A stretch of DNA of 64,000 bases, taken from positions 1,736,001-1,800,000 of the forward strand of contig CDRNST010000148.1 of the NCBI GenBank assembly GCA_977016875.1, given 5' to 3'. Origin of the DNA: Pavona decussata. Taxonomy: Eukaryota. Numbering within the stretch: the first letter of the stretch is position 1; every line of letters starts with the position of its first letter. The notes beneath the pieces are model-generated. The model was not told where the DNA came from and did no database searches. It saw only the letters and a list, made by a program, of their open reading frames with translations. The position numbers were made by a program, and so were the translations under genes. This document shows positions 38,422 through 51,700 of this stretch, piece after piece.

Positions 38422-41400
38422 TCAGCTTCGCTTCTTAAACAAGCCGCACATTTGGCACGTGACCTGTCCATCATCATCGTAGTCAACACCCACCTCGCCA
38501 CGAGATGTTTTGATAGAGTCAGATAGAGCCCCTTTACCGTCAGTGGTCATATCAGGGTCTTGCTCACTCTTCCTTGTAAGTGTTGCATATTGTAGTTTAT
38601 CATCAAACGACATGTTATCGTAACCTGAGAGCCTGTTTGCCATCTCAGTGATTTCTAGCTCTTCTGGAGTTGGTGGCTTCTTCGGGATATCCCGCGGGAT
38701 TGAAGCTAAGAGTTCACAAAGGTCAATGTCACTCGAGTTCATGTCATCTTCCAGCCAACCGTCAGGACTTACCCGCGGCTCTTCGTCTTCTGAACCGTTC
38801 ATCGTGTCAGATTTCTGCCGTCGACGTTTATTGGTCAATTTGTCGTCTGGTTCGCTGCTATCAACGTTTTCAAAAGTCACGTGTTTCTGTGACTTTCTTT
38901 TCTTTCCAGGCAGACTCGGTCTAAAGTCATCTGTTTCGTCTTTGGATGAGTCGCTGTTTGTTACATCCCTGTTAATGAAAAATTGAAAGGAGGTATGCGC
39001 ATGATATATCAAGGGAGATCTACAGCAAGGATTGTACGAGACCGTTCATTTTTTATGAGGTGGGGGAGGCTACCAAAAAAAAAAAAAGATCTCAAAAGGA
39101 AAGGAGTGTGATGGTGCGATGGTTTTAGTTGTAAAAAATAAAATAAACAAAAGCAGGAGATGTGATTAAAAAACCATAAAGGGGCCNNNNNNNNNNNNNN
39201 NNNNNNNNNNNNNNNNNNNNNNNNNNNNNNNNNNNNNNNNNNNNNNNNNNNNNNNNNNNNNNNNNNNNNNNNNNNNNNNNNNNNNNNNNNNNNNNNNNNN
39301 NNNNNNNNNNNNNNNNNNNNNNNTCATATGAGCTTGGAACCAGAGACTTCAAAAATGAAAGAAAAGAAAAAGACGTTAAATATTGCTAACAACTTAGGTC
39401 GTTAAGTAGGATACGTGCGCTGAAAATTTTGGCTTTAAAATATATCACTTGTTGTATTGTCTTCAAGAGCACGAGCAAGATGGAATTTGTTTTAAAAAAT
39501 GTCTTCTACCCCCTATACAATAACGAGATCGGAACCTCGACTAAGGCACTGGAAAAAAAACCTGTTATTTTATATTATGCATAGTAGCTGTTCGATTAAT
39601 CCTTTTGGGCCGTGATTTTCGATATTCTGTTGAGTGCCCAAACGACGACTTTTAACCACAGATTAGAATAATCCCATAGTGAATAACTTGTTGATTGCAC
39701 TCACCTTTCATCCACCTCTGGTCTCGAGCTGATGCATCTCTCCATCAATATTTTCCTCACATCCAACTCATCCTTCACATCAGTTATTCTACCTTTTATC
39801 TGATCCAACTCGCCTTCCAGTCGCTGCCTGTACTCCATGAACTGGCATATTTCGCTTTCAAGGCGAGTGGTGTCCTGGAAGTGAGAAAGGAGGTTTCCTT
39901 TAAGCTGTCTTCTCTTTTCCTCCAGCTCATCTGGGCCTTTGGAGTTGCAGTGGCAGCAGAGAGTAAGCCCTTTCTCACACTCCTCCAGCTCATTTTGAAA
40001 CTGTTCCTTCTCAGTCAAAAGTTTCGCTATCTCGTCCTCTTTAATTGCGAGTTCACACGAAAGCCTCGAAAGCTTGTTCTCTAAGTTGTCGTACAAGAGG
40101 CAAAGATCGGTGCCTCCGCTTCGACCATCGTTATTTGTCTCCCTTTCTCGTATTAATTCTTCCTTTAAACGAGAAAGCAAACTCGATAGCTTCACGCGTT
40201 CCGCTTTGCTAAGTCGAGGTAACACAGCACTGCTCTTGGAGGTGTCCATAAAAACATCGGCACCGAACTCACTTTTAAGCTCCATTGTACGTTCCACGCC
40301 AAATTGTTCGCCATTTACTTTGCCAGAATGCTGTGCGCCATAAGGTACTCGACTTAATAAGTCCTTAATCGCAAGCACTTTAGCTTTCAAGTCTTCGTGT
40401 AGACGTAGAATCTCAGTTTTGTTCTCTCTCATAATGCTTACATCTGAAGGATTCAAAAAGCCTTCTTTATCGGGAAGAAGGCGGAAAGGAAATGGAGATT
40501 TCCACGAAAAGATTTCGCTGATTTCACTGCTCACTTCGCTGCTTGACTCCTCGGTCTGCGTGGAGGTGCCATTTGAGTCAATAGAAGATGGCCCTACTCG
40601 AAAGCGCTGTACACTCGTATCGTCCAAACCGAGACAAACCAATATCTTATCAACGTGTAAGTTCAAATCTCTCTGCAGTGTCAACACGCCATTGACAAGA
40701 CCAAGAATTTCCTGTTTTAAATGATCAACAACTCGACTTGCCTCCACAATCTTCTTTTCCAGTGATTCCTTTTTTTCTTTTAGCTCAGAAAATTCTGCCA
40801 TTTCATTCCCTATCTCATATCGTATGTAAGCAGACTCCATTTCCAGGTCAGCTAGCCTCTTCTCCAAGCTGGCCTCGCTTTCTCTGTGAACCGCTATTTC
40901 TGATCGAAGATCATTTGCTTTCTCGCTGCAAAACGAGGCGTACGTCCTCACAGTGGTGGTTTCAGCCGACTTGAGGTTTATTTCTTGGAGCATACTCTCG
41001 TTTTGTGAACGACACGCCTGAAATGCTCTCTCCACAATTGACAAATTGGCTTCAAGAGTCTTCATATCTTGGATGAGCATCTCGTTCTTTTCAGTCATCC
41101 TAGAGTTTTCAAGTTGAAGCTCTTCAATAACAATCCGCAATTTCTTGTGCTCACTAATAAGTTTTTGTGTGTCCACTTCTGACTCTTCAGCCATTTCGTC
41201 GTTTTCTGCTTCTTCAGTAAAGGTACTGGCGTTAACAGGTTGAGCTGGAAGTTCGAAATTCACTTCACCAATCAACAAGGTTGATGCCGATGACTCGCTC
41301 CAGTCTCCTGACGCGAGTGGTTTATTTTCCTGAGTTTTGCTTGTCCGCAGTTTCTCAAGTTCCTCTTGCAACGAAGCAAGTTTCGCAACAACTTTTCCTT

Positions 41401-44400
41401 CTACCGCTGCAGTTCTTGCGAAATTTCTCTCCAGATCGGTTTTCTGTCTTATGGTTTCATCCAGCTCGCTTCTCAACTTACAAACTTCGCTGGATAGATC
41501 GACCGATTCGTTTCTCAGGTCCAAAATTTCCTGATCCTTTCTAAGCAAATCTCTTTCCAGTTTCAAAATGTTTTCTCTGAAAGATTTCAGTTCCAAAGAA
41601 AGGTTCGAGTTTTCCTTTCTCAATTTTTCTAGTCTATCAGCCGTCCTCCCGGAGGAAGAACGGGTCGATTTTTCCTCTTTACGGCCGCTCAATTTCTCTT
41701 TAATTCTGCAGTTTTCCAACTCCAACAACTGAGTTTTTTCTCGTAAATCAATTTCGGACTGTTTTGCGGCGAGTATTTCCCGCTGTGAGCGACGGAGACG
41801 TTCTTCGGCATCCTGGACACTTGTGCTTAGTTCCTTGTTACGAGATTCGGTCTCTTTTAACTTGTTTGTCAACGCTTTTAGGTCATCGCACATGGCACTC
41901 CGCACATTCATGTCCAGACCCTTCACGGTCGAGTACTGCTGCTCTGCTTCTCGAAGCTTCGACTCCAGCTCAAAGATTTTTTCTCCAAGTTCTCGACTTC
42001 GCGTTTGAGCCTTTGTTAGCTTCTTTGTCATCTCTTTACAAAGTTCGGCACGGAGCCTGCGTTCGTATTCTTTAACACTCAAAATTTTAACTTGCTGTTC
42101 TTTCAGTTTAACCTCCAAATCAATTATTTTTCTTTCTAAGACTTTCTTCTGGTCTTCTGAAAACTCCACGTTTCTATCTTTCTCATTTTGCGCTGAGCTT
42201 GAAACGCCACCCAATTCTATTGATTTTTCTTCTAGTTGGAATAATTTTAAGTGCAGTTCTTTGTTCTCTGCAATTAAGCTTTCCAACTGCTTTGTTATTT
42301 TGCTGCTTTCATGCAATTCCGAACTCGTGTAGGAGGCAAGTTTCAGTTCACTATGTTCAAACTTATCTTCGAGCTGGCTAATTTTCAGCCGAAGTTTTGC
42401 ATTCTGCTCTTCCACATCTTCCGCGTTTTTTCTTTCTTCCGAGAGCTGTCCTCGCAGCCTTCTTTCGTTTTCTTGAAGTACAGTTATCGCTTTCTCTTTT
42501 GCCTGAAGTTCATCCTCGAGCTCATCCACGCGCGTGAACAATTCACACGCTTCAAACTCCTTCTCTTCCACTTTGTCTTGTAAATCAATAACGTCAGCAT
42601 TTTCTAATATGGTATAGCTGTTTAATTTCTTCTCGCTCCTTTCTAGCTTTCTCTCACACTCGAGAAGTTTGAGAGTAAGCTCGCTTTTCTCATTCTCCAC
42701 CTGTTCGCAACGTTTTCTTAACTCTTCGTTCTTCTCGTACAGCCGTTTGTTTTCCCCTTCAAGCTCTTCCATGGTGTTTTCCAGGTGTACTGCCAGCTTC
42801 TCCCGGCTGTTAGCGCTGTCACTCGAGCTCTCTAGTACCACCCCTTCGTCAACTGAGGTCAGGCGTCCTTCTAGATTTCTTGCTCCTGACAAGGGTGAAG
42901 AAGGAACAAAGTCTTCGCTAGATTGACTTGAACAATCGAATTGAACAGGTGTCACACTTTTAAATCCTGAAAGAACAAAAATTGACCGACTGAAGGGTGT
43001 GCTTATAAGCACGGAATGATAACGCTGATCTTGTCTCAGGCATTTTCTCTTTAGAGCAAACTGACCCTAAAGGACCCTAAACAGGACCCTAAAGACCAAC
43101 CATGGTAAAACCAGGGCCTTAACAGCATTATGCATCTCAAGGTGTACTTTCTCATAGCCGTACACTTTTAGTGACGGATTCGCAACATCGTGTGAGGTGG
43201 TGAAAATAAATAAGGAGGTGGGGTTTGGTTGGACGGGGGAGGGAACCCGGATCCCCTTTTTAGATTCGCCACTTTCAACGACTTTTTCTCGAGGTTCAAA
43301 TTCAGTCCACACTGGATGGATACACTAGACAATTGTAGTACACAATTTTCTTTACTGGAACATCGGGTGCACTGAACTTTCTATACAGGAATACAACGCA
43401 CACGAAACAATTACACGGAAACAGTTTAAACTCAACTGAGCAAACCAAATACAAATGTAAGCAATACCTGAATAATCAAATCGCTGGACTGCAAGGGTCT
43501 TCAGCCGGGACTCCATATCAGCTTTGTCCAGTAACAAGAGGCAGTTCAGAAGCGCTTTATCCATAAGCACGTGACATAGCGATTGCTCTAACTTCAGCGG
43601 GTCGAACACTTCACTGTCTGTGTAGAAAATACACAGCAAAACTTCATCAGCAACGTAATTTAATGTAATATCAATAAGCATGAAAGCATTTACTGACAGA
43701 AAAAGAAAGGTTCGGCAAAAGTTTTGACTAAATTGAATTCAGCACACAAGGACTTTGACTATCTGATCATTTTACGAAGCCTTATCACAAGCGAAGAATT
43801 TTTGTACTTAGAAATATTTTAAGATCAGCTTTGTAGAACTTTGCATCACAGGGAGGACTAAAGCTTCCATTTTTTAACGTCGTCTATTTTTCTTGGTATC
43901 CATAGAACATTTCTTTTCCAAGTGACGACTGAGTGGCAGTAAAATACATGTATGGCGCGCGAAAATGTTTTCCCTCAGAATCTTACCTTTTTTAGGGACG
44001 CGTTCACTTTGTTTATTTCGTGTTTAAGAAAAGAGACATAAACAGTAAGAAAGTAAAAACCACATGTGAGAACTCGTTTTTTATATAAGTGACACGACAC
44101 ACGGGGTCGTGTGTAAGTTAATGGTCTTCAAAAAAGTTGACATTTGTGATCAGCTTCAATTTTAGTAGGGCTTTTATTTTACCGAGCGAAACGAACTGAT
44201 CGCATGTTATTAATTTTCGAATTAGCCAGACAAAACATGTGTTCCGCTGATTGAGTAGCTACGTGGTGACAGTGTAAGAGATCTCAGGTTGAGAATTACC
44301 TGCCTTTTAACTTAGCGCTCGCTCAGCTGATAATATGCCCATCCTCTTACAATGAACACGTAGTGATGAGACTTGATGAGACTTGGCAAATTTGGGGAAT

Positions 44401-45691
44401 TCCTATCGAACGGTTGGCAAATCGGGTAAATGTTGAAAGGATTCAAAGAGACAGGTAGACTGCATGTAAATGATCCCCTGACATGAAATGTCTTGATGCT
44501 TAAATAAATTCTTTTAACTGGTATCTTGTGTAATATGGAAGACAGTGAGAACAACATGCATTTTGATACTTGGAAATATCGCAAAAGCCGCCGGGTAAAC
44601 CGGAGAACAATACAAAGGGACATTATAAACGAAGAACAGAGACAATAAAATTCCTAAAGAAGGGAAAGCGTGTGGAAGATTTGCTGTTAGCATTTTCGTC
44701 TTGCATTTAGAAGCTATCCATTGGAAATAAACTGTTCCAACGAAACAGAAGCCAGCGGCTTTGTTAACACTTCTCGCTGTGAACATGTAATCATCTTTTC
44801 AATGTGGAGATCAAACAAAAAAATAAACAGACAAATTGCGTGTTAAACAAAGAACCCTCCCTCATACCTGAAGAGGAATTTTGGAACTCGACAAGGTGCT
44901 TTAGATGCTCATACAGACGCTTTTTGTACTCTTGTAAACCTGAAAGAAATAAAAATCATGACATTTGTAAGTCATTAAATAACAAACCAGTTTTAAATTA
45001 CCAAAGAACTGATTACAACGTAAATCAAGACACAGCCTCGGGTAACAAAAGCAAGACACAGCCTCGGGCAACAAAAGCGTCTGGCCTGCAATACACAGGG
45101 ATACCAACATGTGACACCTAGAGCACAAATTGTCTTCTGTCGTGAGGTAACTGTGGCGTCAAAGGAAAACGGGTGCCATCTTCTTATGCTTCAAAACGAC
45201 TTCTAAAAATTCAACGATCTAATCAGGCGATTTTCCTTAAGGTCGAATCCGGCTCTTTAAATACACTTTAGTGTCATTTATCAGTTTTAAACATTCATTA
45301 GTCATTGCCATCGGTTGGGGATTAAAGGCTTGCACTTGTTTAAGTGCTCATGAGAGGTAATTACAAGTTACTGATAAACATGGTGTGGTAAGATAACGGC
45401 CAGGTGGCAACTGGGATATGCTGCAAGGAAGATGATTTTTGTTTCTCTGCCGGTGTTTATGACCCGATATATGCGAACAAGGAATGGAAAATTACGCTTT
45501 GTCAGCATATCTAACGAGAATTTTAGGGGAGAAATCCGCTCTCGTAGCCATTCTAACCAATAGAAACAGCGGGAAATTAGAACAGGCAACTATATCACGT
45601 GACTGCTACTTGTGCTACAACATAAGCTCCTAAAAAAAACGTTTCGCGCATAATGTTAATAACATGGACTTTTTTCATGTTTGGGTTGTAG

Positions 45692-45738
<47 letters not shown>

Positions 45739-48700
45739 GTAAATAAATAAATAAATAAATAAATGTAAAGGAATCAGGGATGATTAAATCGACAGGAGGC
45801 TGACTATATCATGCACCAATTTGCAGAGCTCCTTGGATGATTTTGTTGTATAGTTTGTTGGTACGATGATCAATACCTGATTTCTCCCAAAAAGCCAGCG
45901 GTACATGCACAACGGCACAAACGAATCGAAGACTGGGGATAACAATATTCAATTTTGAATGATATCAATATTCTTGGGCATTGAACTAACAAGTAATGAG
46001 AAATTCTGTAACTTGCGTGACATCTCCAGTGCGGCTCACAGTAAACTGTTCCAGATGATTTGAAAACAGAGAAAATTTGCTATTTTAAACCTTTTGATGA
46101 GTGCATTTTTGTGGCTGTGTAAAAAGAGGACTAGACATATATTAAATAAAGGATTTATATTTTTGAACATTGAATGGCGGTAAAGGAGGATGCAACTTTG
46201 TGCTATTTTATTAAAACCACATTTTTGTCATAAAAAAGACAATATATGGCGAACAAAAGACTAATTAATTTGGAAGTGACTGCCGTTCAATCCTTTTGCA
46301 GAAGTGCGAAGCCAGGTATATTTTTGAGTTGTTTCACATTTTGTTGAAATAGGCCAGGAATATCGAAACCTTTGTCTTGGAAATAAGTTTGAGACACTCG
46401 AGGACACCGTATTTATACCCCATAAACAATGATAATAAATTTAAAAAAAAAAAACATAAATAAATAAATAAAAATAAATAATTATTAACACATTGTCGAC
46501 CCTTTCTAACGCAGTAACCAGATTGTACCTACACCAGCCTGGAATGATTGGGACCGAAACTTGAAGGTGTTATTATTGGGGACATTCGTGCGGAGCTTGT
46601 CTTCTTTTGCGTTACTATCTTGATAAAGACATCTCGTTGACACGGAAACATTCTTTGCGCTTGTATCTAGTGTGCAAAAGGTTCGGCTGTATTACGGATA
46701 AACCAGAGTTACCTCTCTACTAGCGAGTGGAATGTTTGTCACAAACATTGAAGAAAACTAACCTTTTTCATTTTCGTCGAACTTGGTGTCTAACAAACCA
46801 GAGAGGAATCCTAAAGCGGCTGAGTCCGTTGTTCGCTTCAATCTGCTAAGCGTTTCCCTGACACGAAACAGTTTACGCTCGTATGACGACTCAGCGTTCG
46901 GCGTGCTGTGTAGCGTTCCGTGTCCTGACAAAAAAAGAACATGCGATATCATAAGGTATTAGTAAATAAAGCCAGATGTTTACTGTAGAGCTGATAACTT
47001 GACTTGCTAACAGGTGTTTTCGTTACTTAAAATTGAACAGCACGTGCCATCGTTTACCGGCTGCTCGGCTGTGTTAAGTATTTCAGCTGCGGTGTACAAG
47101 CAGTTAATGAACAACAACAAATCGTATAAACCTGAGTGACTTAGAATTGTTTACCTTTGCATGACTGAAAAGCTAAAATTCACAGTGAACGAAAACTGTT
47201 CACATCCATGTATGTTCCTTAGAAATCGTTTATCTTACGTGTTCTTTTATCATGCAAACCCTAAACACATACACAAGGGTTTCCCTGTTATCTAGCTTAA
47301 CTTTTTTACCGTCTACGAATAGCAAACATTTCTCTGTAAGAACAGGACTGGTGTAAAATAAACAGCGCTTCGGCAAGAGACAACTCGACAGAAATCCTTT
47401 GAATGGTTACTCTGTGGGATTTTATCTACGAAATTTAAAGCTACGAACGCGTCGTGCGACAAGATAATTAGCACCACAGGAAATTAAGAGCTCAGCACCG
47501 GAACATCACTTGAATGGTCACATTTAAAGATTGCCTTGTGTTTAGACAAAGAGCAGTGACCTTCTAAAGAAATGTGAACACTATATTCTATGACTAGTAC
47601 TTGATTGAAAATAATGATAAAAGAAGTGAGCAACAAGAAGACAAATATACAGTAGTTCATGCTAAATTCACAAATATCCATGCTCTCATAAATCTCCGCC
47701 AAAAACCCGCGCCCAGCTCGCAATTAAGGGCCTTGATTCACACACAGCAGGGACTCAGACATATCCCCGCCTCTTGCCCCCTGCATCGAGTGCCCACAAT
47801 TCGGGTCTTTCTTTAACATCCGGTTACTCTCTCCTGGCACTTCCTTGTTTCATTGTAATACACATTTGTGGCGAACTCATTAAACCAAAGTTAACTAAGC
47901 TACGCCACGGTTTGTGCCTTCTCACATCAAACAGGAAAAAACCAGGTAAAAAACAAGTTTGGTGGGCGATATATGTTTATCTATTACTGATCATTCTTGA
48001 GGGATGAAGGATATATTGGAAATTGAGTTTACGGACAATGAAGAACTATCCACATAATTATAGGGATAAGCCAGTTTTAATATGAATAGTTTAGGTAAAA
48101 ATTACCAACTTGGTATAAGGGATAAAAGTCCTCTAGGCCTCCTACTAACAGAGCAAAAGGATACACCTCTCGTTCCACCACCCTCCCATCCCATCCGTCC
48201 ACGCACGAAAAACCCGCGAACGACACGGAATACTAACTCTGCTCTTCGATTTCTTGTGCTCAATTCCTCAAGGGCCAGCACGGCCACAGAACAAAACGTT
48301 CCACATCAAAAATCACAGAGAAAAAGAACATAAATCATGGAGAAGATACAGGCGTGTATTAAAGAAGAGAAAGATAGAAATCTTTCTTTCCTGACCATCA
48401 TAGGAAATGGGAGACCACTAGGGCTAACGTTCAATAGGAATTTCACGGGTTTATTATAGCACTCTAGCGTAAATTCAGAGTTAATTCTTTGATACATCAA
48501 AAAAGAAAGGCCCTCTGGAAGAAAAACGCCGCACCACCTATCATCTGACTAATTGCAAATGGCGCTTGCAGCCCGTATGTTGTAGAAAAAATATGGAAAA
48601 GTCTGAGTCTTCGGCGTAAGGGAATCGAAACCTTGACCTTTCGCAAACCGATTCTACGCTCTAACCACTGAGCTACTGGGAGACTCTGAGCTGAGGCCAT

Positions 48701-51700
48701 TTATTAAATTAGGCTGATATCTGACACGCGTCCATTGCTAACGCTCAGTAGGAATTTCACGGGTTCACTTTAGCACTCTAACATACAGCTGTTTCGACAA
48801 AGGTTGTCCAAAAGAAAAATAAAACAAAACAAAACCAAACGTAAAAGCTTACGCGACAATGCTGAAAGGTAGTCTGGGAAATACCCAATAAATTTCAATA
48901 AAAGCTCAGAATCTATATTGCCCGCCATCTCAAGGCTTCGTTGTACGGTCAATGTATTATAAATTCTGAGCTTTTATTGACATTTATTGGGTATTTCCAT
49001 CATTTGTGTCATTAGTGCTAGCGGCATAAATTGCATTTATATGGAGTAAAGTTGGTAACAAGGGTCAATCGCCTATCCGAACTACTTTGGATGAGTCAAC
49101 ACTTCGTTACAAAACGCTATACGAATTGTTGACACGAGGAACTCAACTAAAGTTGTCCCTGTTGGCTGGGTGATGGTGACCCAGCTAGCCGAGACATAAA
49201 CATAAACACTTTGGCTTACCTAACCGGAACAACTCAGTCTGGGTGTGACGTCCGTGGCGTAAGTCCGGTTTAGCTTTAAAACGAGTGTTGTGGCTAATAC
49301 TATCATCAAGAAGATTAACAATGACCACAAAAGAAACAAATCCAAAGACAAGAGGGATACTGAGGTTATGAATAATTAGGCAGGCCACTGAATAATTAAG
49401 TAGGGTTAACTTTGACTCGGTCAACACCGACAACTTTTTCTCATATAAACGCTCGGTAAACGTTGGAGGGTAACCTACCTAACCGGGTCAACTGCCCTCC
49501 ATATAAACAGCCCCATAGTTCAGAGCCTAGTAGTATGTAGGATGTTTGTCCCATGAACCTAGTTTAATGGCCTTAGCCCCCACGAGTGCACAGTGGTAGA
49601 GCATCCGAACTAGTAATCGGAAGGTCTTAGGTTTGAACCTGGTTTAATGGCCTTAGCTCCCACGCGACTCCTGTAGCTCAGTGGTAGGGCATCCAAACTA
49701 GTTATCGGAAGGTCTTAGGTTCGACTCCTCAGTAGGATTTCCGAGTATGCCTGAGTCCCTCACTGAATAATACATCATTCTCAGTCCCTTAGTCGATCAA
49801 AGCACGATTAACCTAACACGGGATTGGCATGAACTTTGATGGAAGTTTAATTGCTTATCAACAAACATTTTTCAAAAGATTTCGGCCATCAGTTTTGACC
49901 CAGACTTTTCTTTACCTCCAGCTTAAAATAAGCTTTTAAACTCATTTCTAACGGGCGAGATAAAAATAACGGTTAACCGAATGTAAATAGTGGATTGGCG
50001 TTAACTGGCTTTTGAACAACGAGGTAAAAATGATAAACTTCATGACTGGATTAGCTTGGAGAAGGAAGGAGGGAGGGGAGGGGGTGACTCATGGTAGTGA
50101 GGGCCTCGTTCCCAGGATGTCTTTTCACCGATCTTGGGAACGAGGTTGCTTATTCGATGGAAGATGATTAAAATCGATTTTGATGTCCCTATAGGACTCT
50201 CTTTGTTTTTCAGCAATACTCACAAAGCAGGCAAAAGGGAATCAAGTTTTCTTTTCATGCCGCGTGGTTTAGAATGTTGGCTGCACGTCAGTTATTTTAT
50301 AATCCGTTTACAGCTTGTTCTTGGCAAGAAAAACACCGCAAAAACTCGTTCAGTTTGCAATAACAAATTAAGATTGCTTGTTTTAGTTCTTTGCTTTACT
50401 AATCATAAGCCGTAAAGAAAACAGTCATCTTACTAAATCCATTTAAATACCAGAGCCGGCAGATCAACCCACACGCCAGTGGAAGTAAGACAAGTATACA
50501 TTTACAACACGTCCGCCGACCCATGTTTATAAAGGCGAATCAGTTGAGAGTTTCTGAGAGACACATTGTATGTAATTACATGACAATAATTAAAGTATTT
50601 GGAAGAGGCGTTCTGCATGTAATTAGCGAGCGTGGATGCGTCATAAAAATAAGTCATCAACAGCGATTGTTAATGAGGATTAGTACGTAGCTCTATTTGA
50701 GTAGATTCTGGCACGTGCTAGAAACCATTGTTAAATTCAAAACAACCTTCTAAAATTACTGAAGCCAGTATTGGATTTCGGATGGTCAAAATGGAGAGGA
50801 GGAGGATAAACAAAAATGGCCGAAAGTAAAACTTGATTTGTAATAATCTGAAGCAGTCACCAGTTTGTACACAACGTAATCTATAACCTTCCGAAACGGA
50901 ATTGTTTTACCATTTATTTCAGACTTCTATTACGAAATAACTTTACATTTTTTATGCTTTAAGTGCACGGTTTCTTACCATAGACTAGAATCCTTTAAAG
51001 AGTGTTTTTAGAAGGTGGGTGTCGTCACACAATTGTTGGGATAAAAACTTAAGAAGAAAGACTTCCTAAGCCACTCTTCCTTCTCCGCCCTACAAGGGGG
51101 TATGGGGGTATGGGATCTAAGCCTTCCTTACCTTGAGCCGAAAATCTGCCAGGCCCGTCTGAAGCCTTGTCTTGAGCTTCAAGCTTTTTCTTTGCTGGTT
51201 TTTTGCCGTTGTCGTCATCCGAAAGCGTACTCTTCGCGAAGAAGTACTCTGTTAACTGGCGAAAACAGAAAAGGATGAAGTGAATTTTTTTTGGATATCC
51301 AAAACGCTGTGAAAAGGAGCGGAACGGTATGAAATTTACATGAATAATTAGGCCATTAAAGCGCTTTTCAGTAACTGTTTACATCATCATTGAACTAAAT
51401 AAAGTCTCGAGTTAAAATGTACAAAATGTCGTTCTATACGATAACTTTCAAACCGGGCTTGTTTTACGAAGATTAAGTTTTACACCCTATTCAGGAGAGT
51501 AGATGGCCATATAAAAAGTGGGAATGGTCTATAATCAAATTATGTGCTAGAGAAGTCTTGATACAACAGTGTATTGAAAATGAAATTCGACTGGGAAGCC
51601 ACTGTACCTCTAAAAGTGTTTCCGCGCTGTGTAAAAGTAGATCTTTGTCGGTCAGACTGTACAACTTGCTGCTAGTCAGACCCTGGGCCATTCCAGTTGG

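Noticed and set aside
39695-42926. Numerous plus-strand ORFs opposite the giant exon (and minus-strand ORFs opposite the transposase)
   Set aside because: They are antisense shadows of real coding sequence: Ser/Phe/Leu-rich and motif-free.
48615-48685. tRNA-like sequences here, at 34483 and at 49670
   Set aside because: A and B boxes are present but the acceptor and anticodon stems do not pair properly, so they were treated as SINE heads.
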